From an uncultured beta proteobacterium (GTDB lineage Bacteria > Pseudomonadota > Gammaproteobacteria > Burkholderiales > Rhodocyclaceae), in the NCBI GenBank assembly GCA_963696505.1, contig CAVOKN010000017.1:76326-140325 (forward strand): a stretch of DNA of 64,000 nt, read 5' to 3'. Every line of letters starts with the position of its first letter. Position 1 is the first letter of the stretch. Below the pieces are notes generated by a model that saw only the letters and a list, made by a program, of their open reading frames with translations, had not been told where the DNA came from and did not search any database. The position numbers and the translations under genes are program-made. Positions 54,416 through 63,510 of this stretch are shown here, one piece after another.

Positions 54416-56483
54416 CTACGGCCCGTCGGCGCTCAGGGCGCGCTGCCGGGCCGGAGTCAGCACCGTCGGTATCAACTCGGGTCCGGCGGCGAAGGCCGCC
54501 TCCTGGCCCTTCTTGATCGCCTTCCAGAAGGCATGGGCCGTGGCCCGGGCGTGGGGCGCGTGGGCGCCCTCGCCGGAGCGCTCCGCGGGCGCTTCCCCGG
54601 GGGAAGGCACCAGCGCGTGGTACAGCCGGTCGTGGTGCACCCAGCTTTCCAGCTTGTCCAGCGGCGCGCCGTCCTCCACCAGCCAGCGCAGGTAATTGGT
54701 CAGCATGTCGGCCATGCGCTCGGTCTCCCATGGCACGCTCTTGGCGCTTTCCAGCGCGTTGATCTGGCGCGCGAGCTCGAAATGGTGTCCCTTGAAATCC
54801 ACGTCCAGGCCGAAGTGGTGGTGCGCGATGTCGCGAGCCAGCGGTTCGCTCCACTGGCGATGGAAGCGGCACATGCCGATGTTGTCGTTGATCAGCTCGT
54901 AGACCATGCGTTCGACATTGCGGCGGCCCAGTTCCTCGGGCGCCAGCACGTTGGCGCCGTAGAACACGTAATACTTGCCCATGATCGGCATGGGGCTGCC
55001 CATGCCGGGGACGAAGTACTGGTTCGGCACCATGCATCCGGTGTCGCCGTGGGAGAGGAAGACCGCGCGCTCGCCGGGCCGCGTGTCCGGATGCAGGCGG
55101 TTCAGTTCGTGCGCCGCGGCACGGATGCCGTGACGGAAGGGCCCGGCTCGCGGATCGGCGAGGATGGCGTCGATCAGCGCCATGGCGTAGCGGGCGTTGG
55201 TCATGCTGTCGCCGACCACGTCGAACTCGCCGCGTTCGGCGGTAAAGCGGTCGAAGCGCAACTGCTCCCGCGGCGGGAAGCCGAATTCCTCGGGGTCGAT
55301 CAGCCGGTCGGCCGCGCATTCCATGATCCACGCCAGCATCCCGCCGATCTGGATCGCGTCGAATCCCATAGCGTCGGCATGATCGTTGAGCAGCTCCGCG
55401 GCGCGCTGGTCGAAGACCCCGACCTGCGGCCCCAGGGCGTGATAGGGCTCGTAGTCCTTCTTGAACTTGCCGTTCATCTTCTTGCACGCAACGGAGCAGG
55501 GTTCGCCGCAGTGCTCGAAGCTCTTGCTGGCGATCGTTTCCTCGTTGAACTGCTTGAGGTAGTGCTCGGCGATGAAGGACTTGTGCTGCTTGATCCGCTC
55601 CACCTTGGGCGCGTAGATCGAGCGGTAGTTGAAGCTCAGCACCTTGTCGCCCATGGCGTGGTAGTTCGAGCCGAAGGTACCGCCGGTGTGGGTCTTGGGG
55701 TCGAGGGCGTACTTCGCGGTCGCAGCCTTGTCCACCTTCACTGCGCGCTCGCCGAAGTGTTCGATGAAACAGGGGTCGAAATCCTTGATCGTGGTGCGCT
55801 GCGGCTCCTCCCAGTCGCCGCCGAACAGGCAGCCGACGATGTTGTGCTGCTGGAACAGCCGGCTCCCCAGGCCGCCGCGGCCGCACCAGTCGGCGACCGG
55901 GTTGAGCGCGCCCTTCTCCACCGGATTCGAGGCTATGGTACCTTCGGGCGTCGCCACGCTCACCGGGCCGACGACGAAGGAACGCACCCGCTTGGGCGGA
56001 TACTCGCCGCCCCAGCGGTCCAGCAGCGCCTGCTGCAGGGCAAAGACGCCCGCGAGCGCGGTGCCGTCCGGCGCCTGGTAGCCCGCCCAGACGGCGTGGA
56101 AGTCCTCCATCGGCTCAAGCCGGACCGCGATGCCCTGCCCGCGGTTGTTGAGCAGCAGCACGCTCGGACGCTGGGGCGCGCCCCGCGATGCGGACGTAAT
56201 TCACTCCAACATGCTTGAAGGTGTAGGCGGCGCCGCCCATGGAGGAAACGTAGAAGCCGTCCCACAGCGGGCTGTAGGCGCAGAACACGAGCCGGCGCGC
56301 GCCGTGCATCGGCGTCGTGGCGAACATCCCCTCGCCGAAGGTGAACACGTCCCGGCCCTGCCGATACGCCTCCCAGCCGAAGTCCACCGGACCCAGGATC
56401 CCGCTGTCGGTCGAAATCGCTTGCACGGAAGTGGCAAACGGGTCCAGGGTGATGCGAAGCTCGCTCTGCTCGAAGGAAATCAT
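54416..56483 (-). pseudogene. Aldehyde:ferredoxin oxidoreductase (AOR) family tungsto/molybdo-pterin enzyme, YdhV-like length; one +1 insertion near 56175
   Basis: N-terminus MISFEQSELRITLDPF...YVSSMGGAAYTFKHVGVNYVRIAG(RAP) continues in the other frame as RPSVLLLNNRGQGIAVRLEPMEDF...CGEPCSVACKK...GMCRFHRQW. The span is 2068 nt = 3n+1. Confidence 0.8.
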
Positions 56484-56580
56484 TTCCGCTGCTCGAAGGT
56501 CGCTGCAAGCGGCGGATTCTACCCTTGCACCGACTCGAAACCCCCCCAGGCTGCGCCCTGCGCGATCCTCTCCTGGTGGC

Positions 56581-56919
56581 CTACTCGGTCACCTCGATCG
56601 TCCCCTGCATCTCCGGGTGTGGCCCGCAGGCGTAGGGATAGACGCCGGGCTTGTCGAAGGTCAGCGCCCAGGATTGGCCGGGCATCAGGAGCGGCGACGC
56701 GAAGTTGGCCCGGCCGGTGGAGCGCACCGCGTGGCCGCTGCGACGCTCCGCATTGACCCAGGTGACCGTCGTTCCCGCCTTGACGCTGAGCTTCGCCGGA
56801 AGGAAACGCTGCTGGGCGATCACGACCTGCGCTGCCTCCTCGGCGTGCCCCGGCGGCCCCGCCGCCGCGAGGGTCAAAGAAAGCCATGCGGTGCCGATGG
56901 CGATTGTTCGCGGTTTCAA
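56581..56919 (-). CDS. Amicyanin/pseudoazurin-like type-1 cupredoxin
   Basis: GGAGGA SD 7 nt before a TTG start and signal peptide (M)KPRTIAIGTAWLSLTLAAAGPPGHA. C-terminal copper loop YPYACGPHPEMQGTIEV, compared with amicyanin CTPHPFM. Confidence 0.7.
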   Translation of the reverse strand: MKPRTIAIGTAWLSLTLAAAGPPGHAEEAAQVVIAQQRFLPAKLSVKAGTTVTWVNAERRSGHAVRSTGRANFASPLLMPGQSWALTFDKPGVYPYACGPHPEMQGTIEVTE

Positions 56920-57147
56920 GGTATATCCTCCCGTAGGTGTTCTCGTTGCGGTCGCGGTGCAATGTTGCGGCAGGCGGGCGGGACTGGCAACGGCAGAGAC
57001 GGTCGGGCGGTGGGACGCGGCCCGCAGCGGAATCGGGAGCGCAGGCGAATGGAAGGACGAGGCGACGGTAAGGGTGCCCGCCGCCGACCGGGCGAGGGCG
57101 ACGCGTGGCAGGGTGCGCTGAAGAGGCATCGGAGGGTTTCCGGCGCG

Positions 57148-57771
57148 GTGTGGGTCGCCCGCCTGCTGTTCCTCGCCGTCATGGCCGCAGGGAGCGTCGA
57201 CGCCCATGCTGTTTGGGCGAGACTGATTGCGCTGGCGCCGCAGCGTGCCGAATTTCAGGTCAACGAGACCACGATTCGCGTGCTGCGCCCGGGGGAGACG
57301 AGCCCCGAGGGCATCCGGCTGGTCGCGGCGAAGGCCGACTACGCGGAAGTGGAAACGAACGGCGTCCTGTACCGGCTGACTTTGGGCCAGCGCATCCAGC
57401 CCAAGCTGGAATTGCGGGCGGATCGCGGCGGGCACTATGCCGCCGAGGTCGTCATAAACGGTCGGCCGACCCGCGCGCTGGTCGATACCGGCGCCACCAC
57501 GGTGGCCTTGAGCCGAGGCGAGGCCGAACGCCTTGGCCTGTCGTTTCGCCAGGGAAAGCTGATCCGCACCCGCACCGCAGGCGGCGAGCGAGACGCCTAT
57601 CTGATCACGCTGGACACGGTGCAGGCCGGATCGATCCTGCTGCGCGGGGTGGAGGCCACCGTCTCGACCCTGCCCGACTCGCCGCCGGTGACGCTGCTCG
57701 GCATGAGCTTCCTGCGCCGCGTCGAAATGCGCACCGAGGGAAACCGGCTGCTGCTGATGCAACTGCGCTGA
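57148..57771 (+). CDS. Retropepsin-like (clan AA) aspartic protease, membrane-anchored
   Basis: GTG start with TM helix WVARLLFLAVMAAGSV. Catalytic LVDTGATTVALS, then LLGMSFLRR. Confidence 0.7.
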   Translation: MWVARLLFLAVMAAGSVDAHAVWARLIALAPQRAEFQVNETTIRVLRPGETSPEGIRLVAAKADYAEVETNGVLYRLTLGQRIQPKLELRADRGGHYAAEVVINGRPTRALVDTGATTVALSRGEAERLGLSFRQGKLIRTRTAGGERDAYLITLDTVQAGSILLRGVEATVSTLPDSPPVTLLGMSFLRRVEMRTEGNRLLLMQLR

Positions 57772-57801
57772 GGATTCAGCGACCGGTGCGCATGGCGCGC
57801 C

Positions 57802-58758
57802 CTACGCCGTCCACCCGTAGCGCACGATGTGGAAGAACACCGGCGCGGAGAAGCACACCGAATCGAGGCGATCGAGCATGCCGCCGTGGCCTTCGATGAT
57901 CGCACCCCAGTCCTTGATGCCGCGGTCGCGCTTGATGGCGGACATCACCAGCCCGCCGAGGAAGCCCATCATCGTGATGGCGAGCGCGACGAGGAAGGCC
58001 TGCCACGGCGCGAACGGCGTGATCCACCACAGCGCTGCGCCCAGCGCCGAAGCCGAAAGCGTGCCGCCAAGGAAGCCTTCCACCGTTTTCGAGGGCGACA
58101 GCAGCGGCGCGATCTTGTGGCGACCGAAGAGCTTGCCCCACACGTACTGCAGCACGTCGCTCAACTGCACCACGACGATGAGGAAGATCACCAGCAGCAG
58201 ATTGCGATCCGCATAGCCGGGAATGTCGAGCGTGAGCAGCGCCGGCACCAGCGAGATGCAGTAGACCGAGATCATCAGCCCCCACTGCGTCACCGCGGCG
58301 CGTTCGAGGAAGTTGTTGGTGTCCGAGGACAGCGCTGCGACGATGGGCAGGAACAGGAAGGCGTACACCGGAATCAAAATCGCATACATCCCGTACCATT
58401 CGACCCACACGAAGAAATACTGCAGCGGCAGCACCGCCAGGAAGGAGAGCAGCAGCGCCTTGTGGTCGCCGCGCCGCGTCGGAGCGATGGTGATGAACTC
58501 CCGCAGCGCCATGAAGGAGGCGAAGGCGAACAGCGCGATCACGCCCGCCCGCCCGATCCAGACCGCCCCACCGATCACGCCTATCATCAGCCACCAGGAC
58601 TTGATTCGCGCGTTGAGGTTGTCGAGCGTGGCGTTGGGCGTGTCGAACCCGGCGCGCCACTTGAGCAGGAGGCCGACCAGCGAGGCAAAAACGAGGATTC
58701 CGCCGGCGCCGGCGAACAGCCATACCGTCTGGTCGTGCAGGGTGGTGGGGGGCGTCAC
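57802..58758 (-). CDS. Phosphatidate cytidylyltransferase family protein (CdsA/YnbB-like)
   Basis: 318 aa, polytopic, with the C-terminal signature SPSKTVEGFLGG...SAIKRDRGIKDWGAIIEGHGGMLDRLDS. Confidence 0.85.
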   Translation of the reverse strand: MTPPTTLHDQTVWLFAGAGGILVFASLVGLLLKWRAGFDTPNATLDNLNARIKSWWLMIGVIGGAVWIGRAGVIALFAFASFMALREFITIAPTRRGDHKALLLSFLAVLPLQYFFVWVEWYGMYAILIPVYAFLFLPIVAALSSDTNNFLERAAVTQWGLMISVYCISLVPALLTLDIPGYADRNLLLVIFLIVVVQLSDVLQYVWGKLFGRHKIAPLLSPSKTVEGFLGGTLSASALGAALWWITPFAPWQAFLVALAITMMGFLGGLVMSAIKRDRGIKDWGAIIEGHGGMLDRLDSVCFSAPVFFHIVRYGWTA

Positions 58759-58776
58759 GGGTTTCTCCGTTGTTCT

Positions 58777-59462
58777 TCAGTCGTGCAGGGGCGAACACTG
58801 CTGGGCCAGTTCCAGCATGGCGGCCCGCGCACGGCCGACGAAATCCGCCTTGGACTCGCCGGAAGTCAGCCGCAGCGCAGCGCCGAAATTAACCGTACAT
58901 AGCAGCGGTAGCGGTACCACCTCGCCCTTGGGCAGCACGCGGTTCAGATTGTCGATCCACACCGGCACCAGTTCCAGCTCCGGCTGCCGGCTCGCCAGAT
59001 GGAAGATGCCGCTCTTGAAGGGTAGCAGCCGCTCCTCGGAGGTGTTGCGCGTGCCTTCGGGGAAGATGATGAGGGAATGGCCGGCGGCGAGCGCGGCGTG
59101 CATCGCCTCGATAGGATCTGCTTCCCTCGATCCGGCCTCGCGATCGATCAGCACGGCGTTGAAAACATCAGCGCTGATGAAGCGGCGCAGCGGGCTCTTG
59201 TCCCAGTAGTCGCTGCCGGCAACGGGGCGCGTGTGCAGCCTCAGCCGCGGCGGCAGGCAGGTCCAGATCAGCACGAAGTCGCCGTGGCTCGCGTGATTTG
59301 CGAAGTAGATGCGCTGGGCGTCCTCGGCCGGCAGCCGATCCAGCGCGGATGCACGCCGGTGAGCAGCCGCGCAAAGCCGGTGATGCCCATGCCAGCGGCC
59401 CTGGCCAATGACCTTCGCAATGGATTCGACGCCCTCATCGCCCCTATCCTCGACGCAGCCAC
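58777..59462 (-). pseudogene. Lysophospholipid (PlsC-type) acyltransferase with one frameshift near 59328
   Basis: N-terminus ...GITGFARLLTGVHPRWIGC continues in another frame as PAEDAQRIYFANHASHGDFVLIW (H-x4-D motif) ...IIFPEGTRN. The span is 686 nt = 3n+2, meaning a -1 or +2 event. Confidence 0.7.
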
Positions 59463-59633
59463 GGAGTATGGGCGAGGATTATCGCCCGAGCGGCAGCCGG
59501 CATGTTTTGGGAAACCGTCATCCGCTGCCCCCGGCTGTCCCTGCGGCGAGCAGAAACCCAGCGCTTTTGGCTGTTCGCGCCGTTATGATCGTCTTGTCGG
59601 GTCGGGATACGTTCAACTGAGGAATCGAGAAGC

Positions 59634-61127
59634 ATGAAGCAGGTGTTCGCAACGCTGCTGGCGGCGATCTGGCCCTGCCTGCTGCTTGCTGGCGAGGCGC
59701 CTGCCGAGTCGCCGCTGGACTTTATCGAAAGTCAGCTCCTGGCGCACGGCGGCAAGACCGGCGCCTACGTCCTGGAGCAGGGGGAAGAGGCGCTGCAGGC
59801 TCGCGCCTGGCTGGCGGACCACGCCCGCAGCACGATCGAAGTGCAGTACTTCATCTGGAGTTCGGACAACATCGGCACGCTGGCCGCCGAGGCGCTGCTG
59901 CGCGCCGCGGAGCGCGGCGTCACGGTGCGGGTGATCGTGGACGACCTGCTGATCGACGCTCCAGACAAGCTGCTGCTCGCGCTCGCCCGGCACCCCGCGA
60001 TCGACATCCGCATCTACAACCCCAAGCACAAGGTCGGCACGCCGCTTCACACGCGCCTGCTCAACGTGGCGACGGACTTTCGCGGCGTCAATCAGCGCAT
60101 GCACGACAAGACTTTCATCGTCGACGGCAAGCTCGCCATCACCGGCGGGCGCAACATGGCCGACGAGTATTTCGACTACGACCAGGAATACAACTTCCGC
60201 GATCGCGACGTGCTGCTGTTGGGAGAGGCGGTGCCGGCAATGCGGGCGAGTTTCGAGAACTTCTGGGCGAGTCCCCTCGCCGCGCCGGTGGAATCGCTGT
60301 ACGACGGCATCGGCCTGATGCAGAAGCGGGTCGTCGTGGACGACGCGCAAGCCGCGAGCCTCTACCGCGAGCTGCACGCCTACGCCGCGGCACCGGAGAA
60401 TTTCGCTCCGGAGGTGCGTGCCGCCATCGCCGCGACGCCCCGGTCCTTCCCGGCGCTGGCCCGGGCGGTGCGCTGGGGCAGGGTGGACTTCATCCACGAC
60501 CTGCCGGGAAAGAACGGCGATACCTGGCTGCATGGCGGCGGCCTCACCGCCGAAACCCTGGCGGGCCTGGTGGGCGGTGCCCAAAGCAGCGTCGTCATCC
60601 AGTCGCCCTATCTGGTGCTGTCCGACCGGGCGATCGAGGTGTTCAGGAAGGCTGCAGAACGCGGCGTGCGGGTGCGCATCAGCACCAATTCGCTCGCTTC
60701 CACCGACAACATCCAGGCCTACAGCGGCTACCGCAACCAGCGCAAGAAGCTGCTGGCGCTGGGGCTGGAGATCCACGAGTACCGGCCGGACCCCGAGATC
60801 CAGCTCAAACTGATGCCCCGCGCCCGGGCCGCATCGAAGAAGCGGCCGATCTTCGCCATCCATGCCAAGTCCATGGTCGTCGATTCGAAACTGGCCTTCG
60901 TTGGCACATACAACCTCGATCCTCGTTCCGAAAATCTCAACACCGAAGTCGGCGTCGTCATCCACGACGCGGAACTGGCACGAAGCGTCGAACAGTCGAT
61001 CGAGGCGGACATGGCGCCGGGCAACAGTTGGAATGCCGCGACCGAAGATCCGGACCGGCACGCCTCATGGCGCAAGCGCAGCCGCGTCCGATTGTGGCAG
61101 CAGGTGCCGATCAAGCCGCTCCTCTGA
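59634..61127 (+). CDS. Secreted phospholipase D / cardiolipin-synthase-family protein (two HKD motifs)
   Basis: Signal peptide MKQVFATLLAAIWPCLLLAGEA. HKD motifs RMHDKTFIVDGKLAITGGRN and IHAKSMVVDSKLAFVGTYNLDPRS. Confidence 0.85.
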   Translation: MKQVFATLLAAIWPCLLLAGEAPAESPLDFIESQLLAHGGKTGAYVLEQGEEALQARAWLADHARSTIEVQYFIWSSDNIGTLAAEALLRAAERGVTVRVIVDDLLIDAPDKLLLALARHPAIDIRIYNPKHKVGTPLHTRLLNVATDFRGVNQRMHDKTFIVDGKLAITGGRNMADEYFDYDQEYNFRDRDVLLLGEAVPAMRASFENFWASPLAAPVESLYDGIGLMQKRVVVDDAQAASLYRELHAYAAAPENFAPEVRAAIAATPRSFPALARAVRWGRVDFIHDLPGKNGDTWLHGGGLTAETLAGLVGGAQSSVVIQSPYLVLSDRAIEVFRKAAERGVRVRISTNSLASTDNIQAYSGYRNQRKKLLALGLEIHEYRPDPEIQLKLMPRARAASKKRPIFAIHAKSMVVDSKLAFVGTYNLDPRSENLNTEVGVVIHDAELARSVEQSIEADMAPGNSWNAATEDPDRHASWRKRSRVRLWQQVPIKPLL

Positions 61128-61233
61128 CCCGGCATCGGCTGCGGTAGCATCGGCCCATTTCCGGTCCGGCTTCGCAAGCGACAGCTTGTCGACGGCCGGC
61201 GGATGCTGACTCTTCCCAGACAAGCCTCATTCG

Positions 61234-61836
61234 ATGCGAGCCACCACCTTCTGCATTGCCCGACACGGCGAGACCGACTGGAACATCGCGGGAATCCTCC
61301 AGGGCTGGATCGACGTCCCGATCAACGGCCAGGGCCGGGCGCAGGCGCTCGACATGGCTCGTGCCTTCGCGGCAGATGGCTTCGACTGTGTCTGCACCAG
61401 CCCGCTGATCCGCTCGCTGGAGACCGCCCGGATCATCGCCGCCGAGCTGGGCCTGCCGCCGCCCCTGTCCCACGACGGACTCAAGGAGCGCAACTTCGGT
61501 GCGGTCCAGGGCATACCGAAGGCCGAGCTGGCGGAACTGAACCCGGCCCTGCTGCAGCAGATCATGCGCCGCAACCCGGCGGCCGAGTTCGAGCAGGGCG
61601 AAACCATGGACGAATTCGCCGAGCGGGTTCTCGGCGCCGTGCGGGATCTCGGCGAGCAATGCTTCGCCAAGCGGGTGCTGGTCATTACTCACGGCTGGGT
61701 GATGGACGTGATCACGCGCGACGTGCGCGGCCTTCCCCGCAGCACCGTCCTCAACATGAAGCGCAAGAATGGCGAATGCCTGTGGGTGGAGGCCGGCGCC
61801 GATTCCATCCGGCTGCTGCACGATGGCCACCCTTGA
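61234..61836 (+). CDS. Histidine phosphatase (phosphoglycerate-mutase-like) family protein
   Basis: FCIARHGETDWN (RHG motif), TSPLIRSLETA and VITHG. Confidence 0.85.
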   Translation: MRATTFCIARHGETDWNIAGILQGWIDVPINGQGRAQALDMARAFAADGFDCVCTSPLIRSLETARIIAAELGLPPPLSHDGLKERNFGAVQGIPKAELAELNPALLQQIMRRNPAAEFEQGETMDEFAERVLGAVRDLGEQCFAKRVLVITHGWVMDVITRDVRGLPRSTVLNMKRKNGECLWVEAGADSIRLLHDGHP

Positions 61837-62562
61837 GCCGCGCCAACTGCTGCGATCCCTGCTCGACGCAGCGATCGCCAGTGCCCAGCCGGCGCTGTGC
61901 GTGCCGCCGAATCTGCCCGAGCCGCCGCCCGGACGAACGCTGGTGGTCGGCGCCGGCAAGGCTTCCGCTGCCATGGCGAGGGCGGTCGAGGACCACTGGC
62001 CCGGCGAAATCGAGGGCCTGGTGGTCACGCGCTATGGCCACGCAGTGCCCCGCCGCCGCGTGGAGATCGTCGAGGCCGGCCATCCGGTGCCCGACGCCGC
62101 GCGGGCATGGGCGCGGCCCGGCGCATGCTCGAATGCGTGCGCGGGCTCGGCGCCGACGAACTGGTGCCTTGCCTGATCTCTGGCGGCGGCTCTGCGCTGC
62201 TGCCCCTGCCGGCGCACGGCCTCACGCTGGAACACAAGCAGCAGGCCAGTCGTGCCCTGCTAAGGTCAGGCGCCACGATACGGGAGATCAACTGCGTGCG
62301 CCGCCACCTCTCCGCGATCAAGGGCGGACGCTTGGCCGCTGCCTGCCATCCGGCGCGCGTCGTGTCGCTGCTGATCTCCGACGTGCCGGGGGACGATCCG
62401 GTTGACATCGCCTCCGGCCCCACGGTGGGCGACCCGACCACCTGTGCGGACGCCCTGGAAATCGTGCAACGCTACGGCATCGAGATTCCGCCCGCCGTGC
62501 GCGGGGTTCTGGAGTCGGGGGCTGGGGAGGCTGACTCTACCATTACAAATAATGCGCAATAA
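61823..62562 (+). pseudogene. Glycerate 2-kinase / hydroxypyruvate reductase (TtuD-like), frameshifted near 62100 and 3'-truncated by the IS607-family insertion
   Basis: MATLEPRQLLRSLLDAAIASAQP...TLVVGAGKASAAMARAVE...GHPVPDAA continues in another frame (-1 or +2 event) as GMGAARRMLECVRGLGADELVPCLISGGGSALL...CVRRHLSAIKGGRLA. After ...VLESGAGE the reading runs into AT-rich IS sequence and stops at 62562. Confidence 0.75.
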
Positions 62563-62588
62563 TGTACTATTGGCTCATGGAAAACACC

Positions 62589-63206
62589 ATGAGCACAGGC
62601 AAGGCGGCGAAGCTGCTGGGCGTCTCGGTCAAGACCTTGCAGCGCTGGGAGCGCGAGGGGCGGCTCACTGCTGTGGCGCGCACCGACAGCAATCGGCGCC
62701 TGTATACCGAAGCGCAGATTCGCGAATTCATCGGCCTGCGCCAGTCGGTGAATACGCCGATCCGGCTGGTGGCGTACTGCCGCGTCTCCAGTGCCGCGCA
62801 AGAACCGGATTTGGCGAATCAGCGCAAAGTGCTGGAGGAATTCGTGGTGGCCAAAGGTCTTGCCAACGTCGAGTTTGTCGAGGAAGTGGGCGGCGGGCTG
62901 AACTTCAAGCGCAAGCGGTTTCTGGCGCTGATGGAAGATATTGGCCGACGCGAAGTCAAGACACTGATTCTGGCGCACAGGGATCGGCTGACCCGGTTCG
63001 GCTTCGAGTGGTTCGAGCACTTTGCCAAAATCAATGGCTGCGAACTGCTAGTGCTCAATCAAGAACGTCTTTCTCCCGAGCAGGAAATGGTGCAGGACTT
63101 GATGACCATCGTGGATTGCTTTTCGTCCCGGTTATACGGTCTGAGGAACTACCGAAAAAAGCTGGACGAGGCATTGAAGAAGGATGCGAACAATGAGCCA
63201 AGCTGA
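62589..63206 (+). CDS. tnpA: IS607-family serine recombinase transposase TnpA
   Basis: MSTGKAAKLLGVSVKTLQRWEREGRL (MerR-type HTH), then LVAYCRVSSAAQEPDLANQ (catalytic Ser region) and ILAHRDRLTRFGF. Confidence 0.85.
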   Translation: MSTGKAAKLLGVSVKTLQRWEREGRLTAVARTDSNRRLYTEAQIREFIGLRQSVNTPIRLVAYCRVSSAAQEPDLANQRKVLEEFVVAKGLANVEFVEEVGGGLNFKRKRFLALMEDIGRREVKTLILAHRDRLTRFGFEWFEHFAKINGCELLVLNQERLSPEQEMVQDLMTIVDCFSSRLYGLRNYRKKLDEALKKDANNEPS

Positions 63207-63510
63207 GAAAGTGACTATCTATTGCCACGGTGGATGCGGGCGCTTTGTGACGTTACGTAAGAGCAAGGTTCATCAGGCCGATTATTACTTATGTCATTCC
63301 CGGCTGGACGGGATTGAGTGCGAAGCAAAGCTTGCGCCACTGCAACCCGGCAAGGTTCGCGTGGAGGATATGTACGCCGCCGCATCGTTCTGGGGGTATC
63401 GCGATGTATGGCCTGACGCAGCGCAGGCAGCATCGGTCATGCGTGCCCGCGAGATTCTTGCGGCGGGTGTGGCGCAAATGGCCATCGAACAGGCCCGGCG
63501 ATGCAACTGA
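63193..63510 (+). CDS. Cys/His-containing small ORF wedged between tnpA and tnpB, hypothetical
   Basis: It overlaps the tnpA stop by 14 nt and the tnpB start by 10 nt. The product contains YCHGGCGRFVTLRKSKVHQADYYLCHSRLDGIEC (CX3C...CX8C). No family recognised. Confidence 0.45.
   Translation: MSQAEKVTIYCHGGCGRFVTLRKSKVHQADYYLCHSRLDGIECEAKLAPLQPGKVRVEDMYAAASFWGYRDVWPDAAQAASVMRAREILAAGVAQMAIEQARRCN

Noticed and set aside
54533-56218. 561-aa plus-strand ORF, and the 598-aa minus-strand ORF 54090-55886
   Set aside because: Both are alternative frames or strands of the AOR-family gene. Only the frame of 54416-56161 carries the recognisable AOR sequence.
56317-57147. N-terminal 277 codons of plus-strand ORF 56317-57771
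   Set aside because: This part overlaps the minus-strand AOR N-terminus and the cupredoxin gene. The aspartic-protease homology, with a TM anchor, begins near the GTG at 57148.
59613-61061. 482-aa minus-strand ORF
   Set aside because: It is antisense to the phospholipase D family gene with two HKD motifs.
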